Shown here: positions 14,638 to 26,411 of the stretch, piece after piece | Layout of the letters: every line of letters starts with the position of its first letter | Numbering within the stretch: position 1 is the first letter of the stretch | Assembly: GCA_004764695.1 (NCBI GenBank) | Contig: SMSO01000037.1 | Span: 224,747 to 288,746, forward strand | Source: Schizochytrium sp. TIO01 | Taxonomy: Eukaryota; Protista; Bigyra: Labyrinthulomycetes | DNA length: 64,000 bases | Direction: 5' to 3' | Made by a program: the position numbers and the translations under genes | Notes under the pieces: generated by a model | The model's input: the letters and a program-made list of their open reading frames with translations, nothing else | What the model was told of the DNA's origin: nothing | Database searches by the model: none

Positions 14638-16413
14638 GCCTTCTTTCACTCGAAGAGTTTAGTTTCTTTCATTTCATCCTACATTCATTCTTCAAGACCA
14701 CGAAGCAATCAATTCAAGCTCCCTAAGAGAGGACTGGCCACACCTCAGCCCTAGAGACGGATGCGTGCCGTCCCACCCACCGAACCCATCTGTGATCCTC
14801 GAAATCATCTGTGATCTTGGAAATCATCGAAATCATCGTTGATCATCGTCACTGGTGATCACTTGTACCTGCGGCCTTCTTCTCCATTGCGCTGACTGAC
14901 TGACTGACTGAGTGAAGAGCGCCATGGCTGGCGATGAATGCAATGAATGCACACTGGTGTGCGTGAGTGATTGATGAGTGAGGGAGTGGCTCTCTGAATG
15001 TCTGAATGTCTGACTGTTCGTGAGCGTGATTTGGGACTCGACGACATGGCGAGCTTTGAAATGATGCAAAGTAACAGTCTCAGGCAGACTGAGGGGGCTG
15101 GTTGGGTTTTCAGAAAGGAGTGCGTAATTCTCGACGACGATGCGACTTCTCTTCTCTGCGCTTCTCTGCTCTGCGAAGACGAGGAAAGAGTTTCTTTGTC
15201 ATCCATAGTGATTGGAAACGAACTCCATTCGTAGACAGACAGACTCACTGACAGACTGACAGAAAGACAGACAAACAAGAAAGGCATTTGAAGCTTTTGC
15301 TGATGCTGCTGTGGGAAAAGAAAAAGAAAAGAGAATAAGATGTTCGCTGATGAGGCCGCAAACGGAGGAACCAGGAACGGGCAGGCGTGGAGGAAGGTGA
15401 CGCTGTGAAGGTGGAGTGCAGGAAAACAGACGACTTAAAGTCGGCGAAGTACAGCAGCCCACATCAGAAGGTTCAGACTCGAGGGCAGGACGCACGTACT
15501 ACTGTCTAGTAGGGAGCAGTATAGCTAGTGGTAAAAAAAAGTACTTTTAAAAGTAGCAATTTAAAAATAAAAGAATTTTTAAAATAAATAAAAATAATTG
15601 TATCTTCAAAAAAATAAATAAATGATATAGATTTTAAAATATAACAATTTCAAAATTCAGTATTTATTTAAAAATAAATAGTAATAATAATAATAATAAT
15701 AATAATGATGTAAATAAACTAGGACATGACAATCAAAACACGCACATGTTCTTCAAAAGTGTTGTTGATGGATGGATACCCAGCGACATTTTAAAGCCTT
15801 GAGGTGGCTCCGTTTGCATTTTCAGAGAGCACGACAATATCAAGGTGTCGCAGTTTCTTGCCCATCTTTGTTTTCTTTTAACCTTCATTTGTGTTTAAAC
15901 AAATACATCTCCAGCTCCATCTATTTGATGTTTATTTTAAAAGAAAAGGATAATATTTCCATCCATGTCTTCGTTTTCTTCTTTTTGTTGTTCTTCACTT
16001 CGAAATTTCGAGGTGAAAGGAAAGGAAAGCGCATCAAAGCTTCTTGCTTCAAGCCACAATTCGTCTGGCCCGAGAAAGTCAGCGAGCCTGCAATTCGCGC
16101 CTCATGATAGGCAAGCGGGTGCCGAGGGCCAGACGCGATGCGACGCCTTCGGCGCGAGTCTGTCGATCGAGGTTGGCAGTCAGTCAGTCAGTCAGTCAGT
16201 CAGCTGAAGCGCCCTCGCTCAGACAGAGAGAGAGAGAGAGAGAGAGGTCTCCGCAGGAATTCTTAATTCTTTCGACCCTCTGATCCGCAATAGATAAGGC
16301 ACAAGCAGCACAAAGCAAACTGGACCCCCAAACAAACTTCTGCATCTGCCGAGGAGTGTGCTGGCCTTCTTGTTCTCTTCTTGTTCTCTTCTTGTTCTCT
16401 CTTCTTGGCCTTT

Positions 16414-16445
<32 letters not shown>

Positions 16446-16499
16446 TCCGCAGCTTCTTCTTTTCTCTTTCTTCGCTTTTCTTGGCTGTTTGTTTGTTTG

Positions 16500-16860
16500 C
16501 TTGTTTGTCTATTTCTTTGTCTATTTCTTTGAATAAGTTTGTTTGTTTGTTTGTCTATTTCTTTGTCTATTTCTTTGAATAAGTTTGTTTATTTCTTTGT
16601 CTATTTCTTTGAATAAGTTTGTTTGTTTGTTTGCTTGCTTCTTTGTCTATTTCTTTGAATAAGTTTGTTTGTTTGTTTGCTTGCTTCTTTGTCTATTTCT
16701 TTGAATAAGTTTGTTTGTTTGTTTGTCTATTTCTTTGAATAAGTTTGTTTGTTTGCTTGCTTGCTTGTCTATATAAGTTTGTTAGTTTGTTTGTTTGTTT
16801 GCTTGCTTGCTTGCTTGTCTATTTCTTTGAATAATTTTGTTTGCTTGTTTGCTTGTTTGT
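16500..16860. repeat. Compound minisatellite, core GTCTATTTCTTTGAATAAG(TTTG)n, about 7-8 copies with 34-50 bp period
   Basis: The core recurs near 16519, 16565, 16599, 16645, 16691 and 16725, with variants near 16767 and 16817. Confidence 0.92.
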
Positions 16861-19800
16861 TTCCCTGTTTTCCCCTGTAGAAGCCAAACAAATAAACAAA
16901 TAAAGAGGAGTACGCGCTTCGTAGGTTCATTCCAACAGCGAAAGAGGTGGAAAAAATAAAAACGACGGCGGGCGCCACCCTACGAAAACAGATCCACAGC
17001 ACAGCACAGGGCATTCTCGAGCCCCTCGGATCTAGAGACTCGCAATTCCGGCGTTTACTGAAAGCAGATGCACGCACGCTCTTGCAATGCGGAGGCCTCT
17101 TCGAGCGAGGTTCAATTGACAGGTGTAAAAGAAAGCCAACTCACTGACGCTTTGGAGGAGCTAGCCGCAAAGGCCTCTTTTGCAGCAATTTTTCCACGAA
17201 CTTACAGCGGTGCTGCCTCGCGATGCGAATTCAGCCTCTAAGAAGCGCAGTCTGCACTTGAATTAATAATTACTCTTCAAGGAATGGAAATAGAGAACCT
17301 CAACGGTCACTGTTCAAGTTGTTAGCAATAACAACCGCTGTACCATCCAGCCATGCATACATTTGCATGTATTCGCTAAGTAAAGTTGGGAATCTGCGGA
17401 GACGCCACTGAAAACGGTGGGCACAAACCAAGAGCGATGGGCAAGTTAAGATGCCTTGCCACTACTGACCTGGTTTGGAATTGCAAGTTCTCAAGAGAGA
17501 GTCGTCTCGCACCAACTTAATTAGTGCGGGTGGCAGCGGAACAAGATCTCTCCGCATCAGTCCTGGTGGTGTTTACGGAAGGTGCTTTCACCTTACCACA
17601 CGTCAGGAAAGCTTACTCGCAGATGTTGGTGGGCTAGTTTAAGTTAGTTACTCAGTTAGTTAGTGAGTTATTAGTTGGTGAGTTAGCTGCCGTCTTCGTT
17701 GGAACACCCTCTGCGGTTTCTCCCTTTACAAATGTCAATCAAAACCTTGGGCAACTCAGTCCATTAGCAGCGAATGAGAGATTTCGGTTAAGCCAGAGGT
17801 CCGGACCGCTCACGGGTTTGAGTTGCGTTACCCAGACTCTGGAGCATTCGTGTTGGCCGTAACGCTCCAAGACACGGAGCCAGACTACAACAGGTAGAAT
17901 ACTCAAGTTACCCCACATGGAGGAGCTCTTTTATTTTGATGTTCAACCCGAGCTTGTTTTGTTGGCTAGCACGAGTTAAAAAAGCTTGCTTTAATTCGAC
18001 CGCGAACATAAAAACGAAAAACGAGAAACAAGAAATGAAAAATGAGTGGCGCCTAACTCATAAAGCGCTGCAACCAACACTCTATCCTTAGTGCCTATTT
18101 CCAAAGCGTTAATGGAAAATCAAAGGCAGAACACAACATAACAGTTAGATTTCTCTTGATTGTGACAAAATTTAACTTTCATTCATCATTGCTTCGTTTT
18201 GCAAATTAAAGCATGATACTTAAACATGACTGTAGACACTCCAATAAAGCTAGCGAATGTGCTGGTCCTCGCAACGTCATTTTAAACAACTCTATTGCTT
18301 TCAACTCTTTATCATAATAAAACCACCACGAATTGAGATCACGATTATGTAATGGCACAATCAACGTTAGCATCCTGGAAACACTAGGTACCACAACATA
18401 CTAGAACGAAGAGTTTGCTCGCTCCTGGCATGGTCCCAACACGCGGCCAGCCCAGAGATTGACTCTAGAAAGACGTCCTGGTCGATTTCTGCGAGAACGT
18501 TTGGCCGAGCGGAGATTTGCAGCGGACTTGTTCGCCAGGAATTGGTCCGAGGCTAAGTCCCAGAGAAAGAAACGACTCGGAATTTCGAATCACTTTTCTG
18601 GCTAAGAGTCAGGTTGCAGGTGGGAAATTGTTAAGAACTGAGCCCGGTCGCACTCGCTCGCTTGCTCGCTTGATTGCTTGCTTGACGTGTATGAATGGAT
18701 GTTCTTGAAACATGTTTACTATAAATATATAGAATCAATAGAATCAATCGACTTTCATCGGCTATTATTATTATTTCTTTTAATATTTTCAATTCTTAGT
18801 TTTTTTAATTAAAAGTTTTAATTGAACGTTTTTAAGGATTTGTGAAGAGAGGCATTTTGCTTCAAGTGTGCGCTCTCGTGGCCGGGCCTGAATGTAGAAA
18901 ACTGCCCTTTCAGTAGTTTGGCTTCGTTTAAGATTCCCGGAGTCGCCAACACTGGTGCTATTGATGCCAAGAGCTGATAAAAATCTGCATGTATGTACGG
19001 AATTTTATTACGGGCTTTGGTGGGTTGATGGTCTTCAGTCAGCCCCGTGGCGCGAGGCATACTATGGCTTTGGGGACGCACCAAAATTGAAGATTGTCTA
19101 CAAAATGTCCACCGACATGAAAACACGATGTTACATTGCTCTAACGACCCATTTGTTTGTTTTAAAAATGTAATTGGGTGCACATGAAGTAGCTGGATAA
19201 TAGGAGTTATGGTAATGCAGGTTTCTTCAGCGAACATCGTGTTCTGAACGCAGTGTTTGATTTGGCAGTATAAGAGAAGAGGAAAGCTAAAGGCTCCTGA
19301 GCAATCGATGAGTTGAAGCATAATATGAGAAAAATATACGACACAAGGTGTCGTCGCTAAAGAAGTCTGGTTGGCTCTTTTTCCGGATAAGATTTTTGTT
19401 TTTTATTTTTTCAAGGCCAAGTCTTTCATGGAGGACAGGGGCGATGAGGGTGTAAAAGAAATTGGAAATCGTATTCTCCTTTTCTTACATCTGCTACTAT
19501 TCTAAGTGGAAGCGAACATGAATCTATAGTTTCTCGTCTCTTCACTTTTTAAAATATAAAACAAAGACCATATATGCTATAGGGGTCATTATCTTTAGAA
19601 AGCGTGATAACACATAATTGGCTTTCACTTCGAGTTTCCTTATTACTTAAGCGTCTTTCTTCTGAGTGCACGAACCAACAATCCCAAGCACTCGAATTTA
19701 AAAACACTTCTGCTCTTTTGACATGAAGTTAGTTCTATTTCCGTCATTATATCGAATTTTTTGAGCAGTTAGGAGAACATGAAAGGATCAATTGTTTATC

Positions 19801-21491
19801 TATTTCAAAATTGTAGAGTTTAATTTTTTTGAAAGCACATTAAAACATAATTCAAGGCTATTTAGGTCCACTGACGACAGAAAACTTAGCGATGAAGTCT
19901 AGTTCATAATGTTGGACTTTACAGACACATCAAATACATAATACTTCCAAACGGTATATCATCTTTTATGTTAGAGGGATCATGTTCTACATCAGTTTTA
20001 CAATCACAAAACAAAATCGATAAAGAAATACAAGAGTTGCGGTAGCAATACTAAATGTATCATCAGACAGTAGTCCGACTTTTGTTTTCATTTTTCGAAA
20101 TGCAAACCATAAGCATATTTTGATTGTTTCATATGAAAACTGTTTCCCTAGCTAGAGCAGTTTCCACACATATATAACATTGGCATATTGTCATGAGCTG
20201 TTTAAAGGCTGGCAAAAGATCATGTTTGTCTGAGACTTGGTCTCGATTTAATGAAGAAGTCCATATATTAATGTAGAGCAACACAACATTCTAAAATATA
20301 TAGCCATACTTCTAGTCGTGCTACACGTACAGCCTGTCCCTCGTGTCTGTTTGAAGTCCAGGCTTCCAATAGCGAGTTTCTTCGTCAAGTGCTTTCAAGG
20401 TGTACTCCAGGCGCCAAAGGAAGCTGCTTCCCCAACTCGAAAAACGGAGCCGCACTCGATGCCAGCTGAAACGAAGATACTTTGGATGCGACACGTTTCT
20501 ACCAATTGAATCGTTCATGAATCAGCTCTAAAACGTGTAGAAGAACAAATGCGGAGGCTTTCGCTATTTCCATGATTTGTTTTACTTTTCTCAGGCTATT
20601 TCCCAGGAAACTAACTAGTCTTTCTTTATACTGGCCTTGGTACCAGTCTAGCCTCCTGTGAGCCTTCATACAAAAGTGTTCGGCGAGACCCATTCATTCC
20701 GTACGCCGATTGCTTCTTTCGCAAAGAAGAACCATCCAGGTGGTCAGTTATTCATCAGGCAAGACTACCGGATAGGGAGCGACTTGATTCTTTTGTTACT
20801 CATACCTGTGAAAGGAGGGGACCTTTCTGCCTTAGCTAGACGCTGCTCATCATGAAGTCTGTGAATGCCGTCATTCACAAAAAGGAATCTTTTGGCGGGA
20901 TATAGTTGATCCACTGTCACAGGTTTGTTTAGTACAGTCTGGATGTATACCATTCTAGTTTTCTTTTATTAAAACAAACCAGAATCAGCTCATCGTTCCT
21001 GAAAGATTAGTTTGTCTCGCCCTGCGATGCGGCTGCAATCCTCCATATGGGTGCTCTACTATTGTCCTTCCTTCAAACCTTCATCTACTTGCGATGCACG
21101 AACCCGAACGTGGACCTGGGGAAGACATCTTCAGCAGCTGGAGCTGTCACTCGTGTCAGTCATTTCCCTTCGCATCTCTCGTAAATTCGCATAACCCCTC
21201 CAGAGACTCATCCGTTCGACAGTCACCCTATACTGTACCCATTTTCTATTCAATTTAAACACTTGATCGTCCTACCATCCTCCTTTCTCGTCGATTTCGT
21301 CTTCTTTCCCTTTTTTCATAATTCTCGTTCCACCTTGTCCTCTCCGCCGCCTCCGTTCCTGGTCTTTTCTTGCGCCCGTTCTTCCTCTCTCTTTCTTGGC
21401 TTGACATCATCAAAACCTCAAGCAAGAAGGAAAGAAGGATGCAAGGAAGCAAAAGGAAGCAAGGAAGCAAGGAAACAAGAAGAGAAAGAAC

Positions 21492-21603
21492 GAATTGAAT
21501 TGAATTGAATTGAATTGAATTGAATTGAATTGAATTGAATTGAATTGAATTGAATTGAATTGAATTGAATTGAATTGAATTGAATTGAATTGAATTGAAT
21601 TGA
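21492..21603. repeat. (GAATT)22 microsatellite
   Basis: Seen directly in the sequence. Confidence 0.95.
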
Positions 21604-24600
21604 TCGATTGCTGTTATTCAAACTGGCTGGCACTGGGGGTGGATGGTTGGTAGTGGGTATTTCGGAGCCCCCGGCAGCTCAGTGAGAGTGGGCACAGCAG
21701 GAAGCGCCGGCTTTCGCAGGTCGGTGCTGGCTAGCCTCAGAGGTGATGATGCGGCATTCAGTCAGTCAGTTAGCAACGATGCTCATTCAGCTCTGAGGCC
21801 TATTTATCGTGCCACTGCTACCGCGCGATTTGCCTTCTTGCTCATCTATTCTATTCTAAGGTTTAGGATTTTAAGAGTACTTTTTTTAAAATTTTGTTTT
21901 AAAACAATATTATAGGTGATATCGAAATAGTTTACTTCTTCGAAAGAGGAGTGAGTGTGCCCTTCTTGGCTCCGACCTGGCTCAGGCTTGTGAACTTGAA
22001 AGTCTCGAACGAGGTAGCCAAACACGATGTCTTCTTTTACACAGTTTTGTGCACTCTTTGTCTTTTTCTTGTTTTCTTTTAAAAAAAATTTTATAAAAAA
22101 TAATAATAATATATATATATAAGATATCGCTTTCATAGATCTGAGCCTTGATCTGATCAATATTTTTCGCAACAGCAATGGTTTGCCATGCATTTAAGTG
22201 AGTTGAATCAAGATATCAGATTAAATGCGTGGCGCAACATAGTACTACTCCACGAAAGGGATTCATTAAACCCTACTCAAATGACGATCCAAAGAACGCG
22301 AGCCTGGATGTGTTTGGAGGTTTACAGGATCTCACAGCCCTGGACTCGTTCTTATGGTTTTACTTGTGTAATTACTACCTAGCTAGCTAACGATTGCTTG
22401 GTCTGTATATTGAAAACATATTATAGTCATAGCTGTGGATAATTAAACATAGAAAGTAAATTATTGACTGCGATAAATCATGCTATCGATCGATAATATC
22501 CTAAAGAAGAATTTTTTCCTCTTAAATTAGAGTAACTTCGTCGCTCGGGCTTGATTTTATAGGTAGCGAACAAATGAATAGGATGTGGTTTTATGGTTCC
22601 AATATTAGACTTGTTGTGTGTGTTCATTTATTTTCCATGTCAAGCGGATAAAGCGAAAGCGGGAGTTCATCATCTTCAAACGAAAGTTTTCACCTTTTTT
22701 TCACCTTTAGATATAAAAACGTTTTAATATAAAGATGAATAGTATTAAAAAAGTTTAGTACAGGTTCGTTTTTCATGTCTCTCTTTGTTTGTTTCTTTTA
22801 AAATAAAAAGAATGAACTGCTTATGAAAAGTTATTTTATTCATCCCCGTGAGTCATGTTATTTTCAAACTTACGCAGGTTGGGTAATGCAGAGCCGAAAA
22901 AGTAAAAAAGTGGTAAAGTGGAAGAAGAAAAGAAGGACGATTCCATTCACTGTGAGGGTTTCATTTTGCTACCCCGGAACACTACGCACGGCTACCCTTC
23001 GAAGGTAAAAGTTGTCTTCCAATTTTTACTGTTCTTAATATTGGTTGACTGACGAACTCCGATTTTATGTCCAGAATCTCTACGTCTTAAAGTTATATTA
23101 TTTTATATTTAAAAAATGGTAAATTTTTAAAACTATTTTTATTTTTAGAAACTTTCCTTAATTCAATAACAATAAAAGGGGGATGAAAAGATATGAAGTA
23201 TAAAGCAGCTTTGATTTTTTAATCAATGAAAAATCCAAGAAAGTTTTCAGGCGCCTGTCTGCCTGTCTGTCTGTCTTTGTCTGTCGTTGAGTTCTTTTAT
23301 TCTCTTTTTAAACGCGACAGCAATATACTGATGAATCGATCTGTGCTTGAAACATCTTTACTCGAACTTCGGTGTCAATTTCATCATCAATCAGTTGTGG
23401 CGCCCCGCGAACAAGTGCACAAGGGAACAAATAGACAAATAGACAAATAGAAGTAAATTAATCAACCCATGAATAAATCACAGTTAGTTCTGCTGGTCTC
23501 AGCACTTTCTTTTGCTGTCAAAGAGGAAAGCCAACCTTTCTGCCTTCATAGCCCCACTGTGGCAGACAATATTCACTTACTCAAGTCCTCGTAAAGGTTG
23601 ACTACCTGAGAATTTAGGTGCAGCAGGTACCCGATCGTACTAAGAACCTTCGAAGCGAGTCCATGGAATCCTGGAAATCTTCAAGAAAAGAAGCCATTTC
23701 AGAAGATGATAGTGCCTCGCACCCAGTTACAATTTACTAAAAAGAGCTGAAGTGCCTGACTTTTGTGTCCTTCTCCATGTGTAATGCGAGTTGATATGTA
23801 TGTGTATCCGTCGATGTGTGGAAGTTCAATTCATTTCGCTGGCGCCATGCAACTCCTGGAATCATAGGGCAGACAATCGAGTTTCTCGCTTTGAGTTGCT
23901 TGCTCGGGTCTGGTAACTTGAGATTGTCTAAGACTTCATGGCATGCTTCAAGGAACGCGTACAGGTCGTTTGTAGCGCCATCTCGTGTCGAAAGGCCGTC
24001 CGTTTCCTGGGAGCCTTCTTTCGGCAGATAAATCAATCAAGTTTGTCAGTTTTGCTTTGTTTATTTGTTTCTCTCTTTTTTTCTTATTTTGTTTTCAGAA
24101 GAGAAAGGAGAGAGAAGATGATGTTTACTTTTCTCATACCGTATGAAACTATAAAATTAAATTATAAAAATAAAACGTTTTCTGTTCGCTTATTAGTTCT
24201 TGAGCTTGCGACTGTGCTGTTGTTCTCTTTCTCACTCGAAACCTTTGTCCAAATCGATCGAAGCTCTCTGCATGGTTGTAGTTACACTTCCCAGGAATAG
24301 TGCAAAGCCAACCGTTCACGTAACACCTTGGATTGATTGAGCAGCGTGACTCTTGAATCCATGCACCGCTACTACTCTGCTACGCACTGGCATGCACAAA
24401 ACTGACTGAGCGGCGCACTTTGCATCGCTCTGCTTTGCTCTGCTTTGCTCTGCTTTGCTCTGCTTCGAAGCCTCGGGTACTTTTCTTTCAGCACTCTATC
24501 TATGTAGGTAGAGTCAGCTAGTAGTTGTATCACAATCCAAGCTCCTAAAGCTCCTAATGTAAAGTTATACATAGACTAGGTAGTACTTTCATGGAACTTC

Positions 24601-25113
24601 TGTCTGTTGAAGAGTTTCCCCTTTCAATCAATCAACAAAATCAAGCAAATGTGTTTATTTGTGTCTCTCGTGTATTTGTAAAATGTACTGCACGCACCGA
24701 GGATGTCAACTCTCGAGCTCCTTAGCAACGCAACGCATTCGCATTCAATTCATCCGCGCGTTTTCATTCTTGGCTCAAGTTCCAGTCAACTCAACTCTAC
24801 TGCAACCCTCGTTTTTTTTGGTTTTTTGTTTTTCCAAGTCTGCACTTCATCACACGACATTGAATGAGATAAACAACCAAATGACTTCCTCTTCTCTACA
24901 AACAAATTAATTGCTTCTTATTACGCTTTCCTTCTCACTCTACCTACCGACAGAACAGCAAAAACGGAATAAAAATGCACAGCACGAGCCAAACCGGCAC
25001 GGCACGCGGCAGGACACCCCTGTCCAGAAGTAAGTAACACGTCCATCCCTGCCTCGACCAAAGGCATTCCCTGTAGCTTGCACCAGCCAGCCAGCCTCAG
25101 CTGGCAGCAAAAA

Positions 25114-25167
25114 CAGCAGCAAGAGCAGCAGCAAGAGCAGCAGCAAGAGCAGCAGCAAGAGCAGCAA
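25114..25167. repeat. 12-bp tandem repeat CAGCAGCAAGAG, about 4 copies
   Basis: Seen directly in the sequence. Confidence 0.9.
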
Positions 25168-26379
25168 AGGCTCGCTTCCTAGCGATCGCCTTCAACCCTC
25201 GGATCCAAGTGTTCCCGACCTCGACGCCAGCTAGCTAGGAGCCAGGTAGTACTGGCTAGCTACCCAGCTAGCTCTCCGTGAGCGCCAGCAGCGACCACAG
25301 ACTCGCCAGCCAGACCCAACAGTTGCTGCTTAGTGCCAGTCAGCCCAGTGCGGGTGCCCCGTCATCCCCACAGCTTGAGACCCAGTGCATGATGCTGGGA
25401 GAGATACCTTAATATAAGGGAGGTGAAGGTGGAGGATAGCCGGGAAAGACGACAGGGTTAAGGTGGCCTGAAGAAGACCTTCTTCGCAATCTGACGCATC
25501 AATCAGTGAGAAGGAAGACTCAGTTTTGTCTTGGTGGTAGCTGGTGGTATAGATAGCTAGCGGACACTTCGACAGGTAGTGGATGAGCGTGTTATTGAAA
25601 TGTCGTGATGACAATGATACGCACTTCGAGTTGGAGGGCTTACCACACGTAGAGAAGGTAGTAGGACGGGACCTATGGTGTTTCTTATGTGTTTGTTGTA
25701 ATTGTAGTACAAATGGCGCAGGATTGAAGAATAAAAGCTTCGGTCTGTTTGCACAGTTTTGTTTAGAAATTAAATGCACTTTATATATGCTTCATAACTC
25801 TTGAATGCTGTAATTTTGCGTGGGGAATAATCAATTGTTCAAAGGAAAATTACGCTGGTTCTATAATGCACGAGGCTTTTCAAGTTGAAATCGAAGTTTG
25901 TGTGGTTACCTTTTAACCGAACCCATGTTATAAACCAGGTCTATGAACCCAAATTGAAATCTTTAAATTTATTACTTGACTGTTGATCGCTCAACACGCA
26001 TACTAAACAATTAGCTGGCTGTCCATCTTGTCGCTCCCCTTCACTTGCCCAAGATTCTTTTTCTTCCACTGTGTTACTCTCTTGATTCTTGATTGAAATG
26101 ATCGAAAACTGAAGTCAAACGTCGCCTGGCCTCAGTAGGTAGTAGGTATCATATCAGACTCCTCCTTAGGCAGAAGATAGGTACCTAACCTACCTACCCA
26201 CCTAGTCACACATCCATTCACTCGTCTATCTATTCATTCATCACTCCATTTCAATGCCGTTCCTTTCTATCCACCCTGGAACACCTGCGCATCATCGCAT
26301 AGCTATAACTCCAAGAAAGTAAGAGACTAACTTCACGTTTCCTCAGTACGTTCCTGTTTTTGTTCTCTTTCAAGATCGT

Positions 26380-26411
<32 letters not shown>

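Noticed and set aside
16500-16860. Repeat-spacer look suggesting a CRISPR array
   Set aside because: The intervening sequences are TTTG/CTTG microsatellite, not unique spacers. There are no cas genes and the context is eukaryotic.
18818-19321. 167-aa minus-strand ORF
   Set aside because: Non-ATG start, composition atypical of the real genes here, and no recognisable family.
25603-25700. C-box-like GTGATGA (also AATGATGA near 14028) suggesting C/D snoRNAs
   Set aside because: No CTGA D box or terminal stem at a suitable distance.
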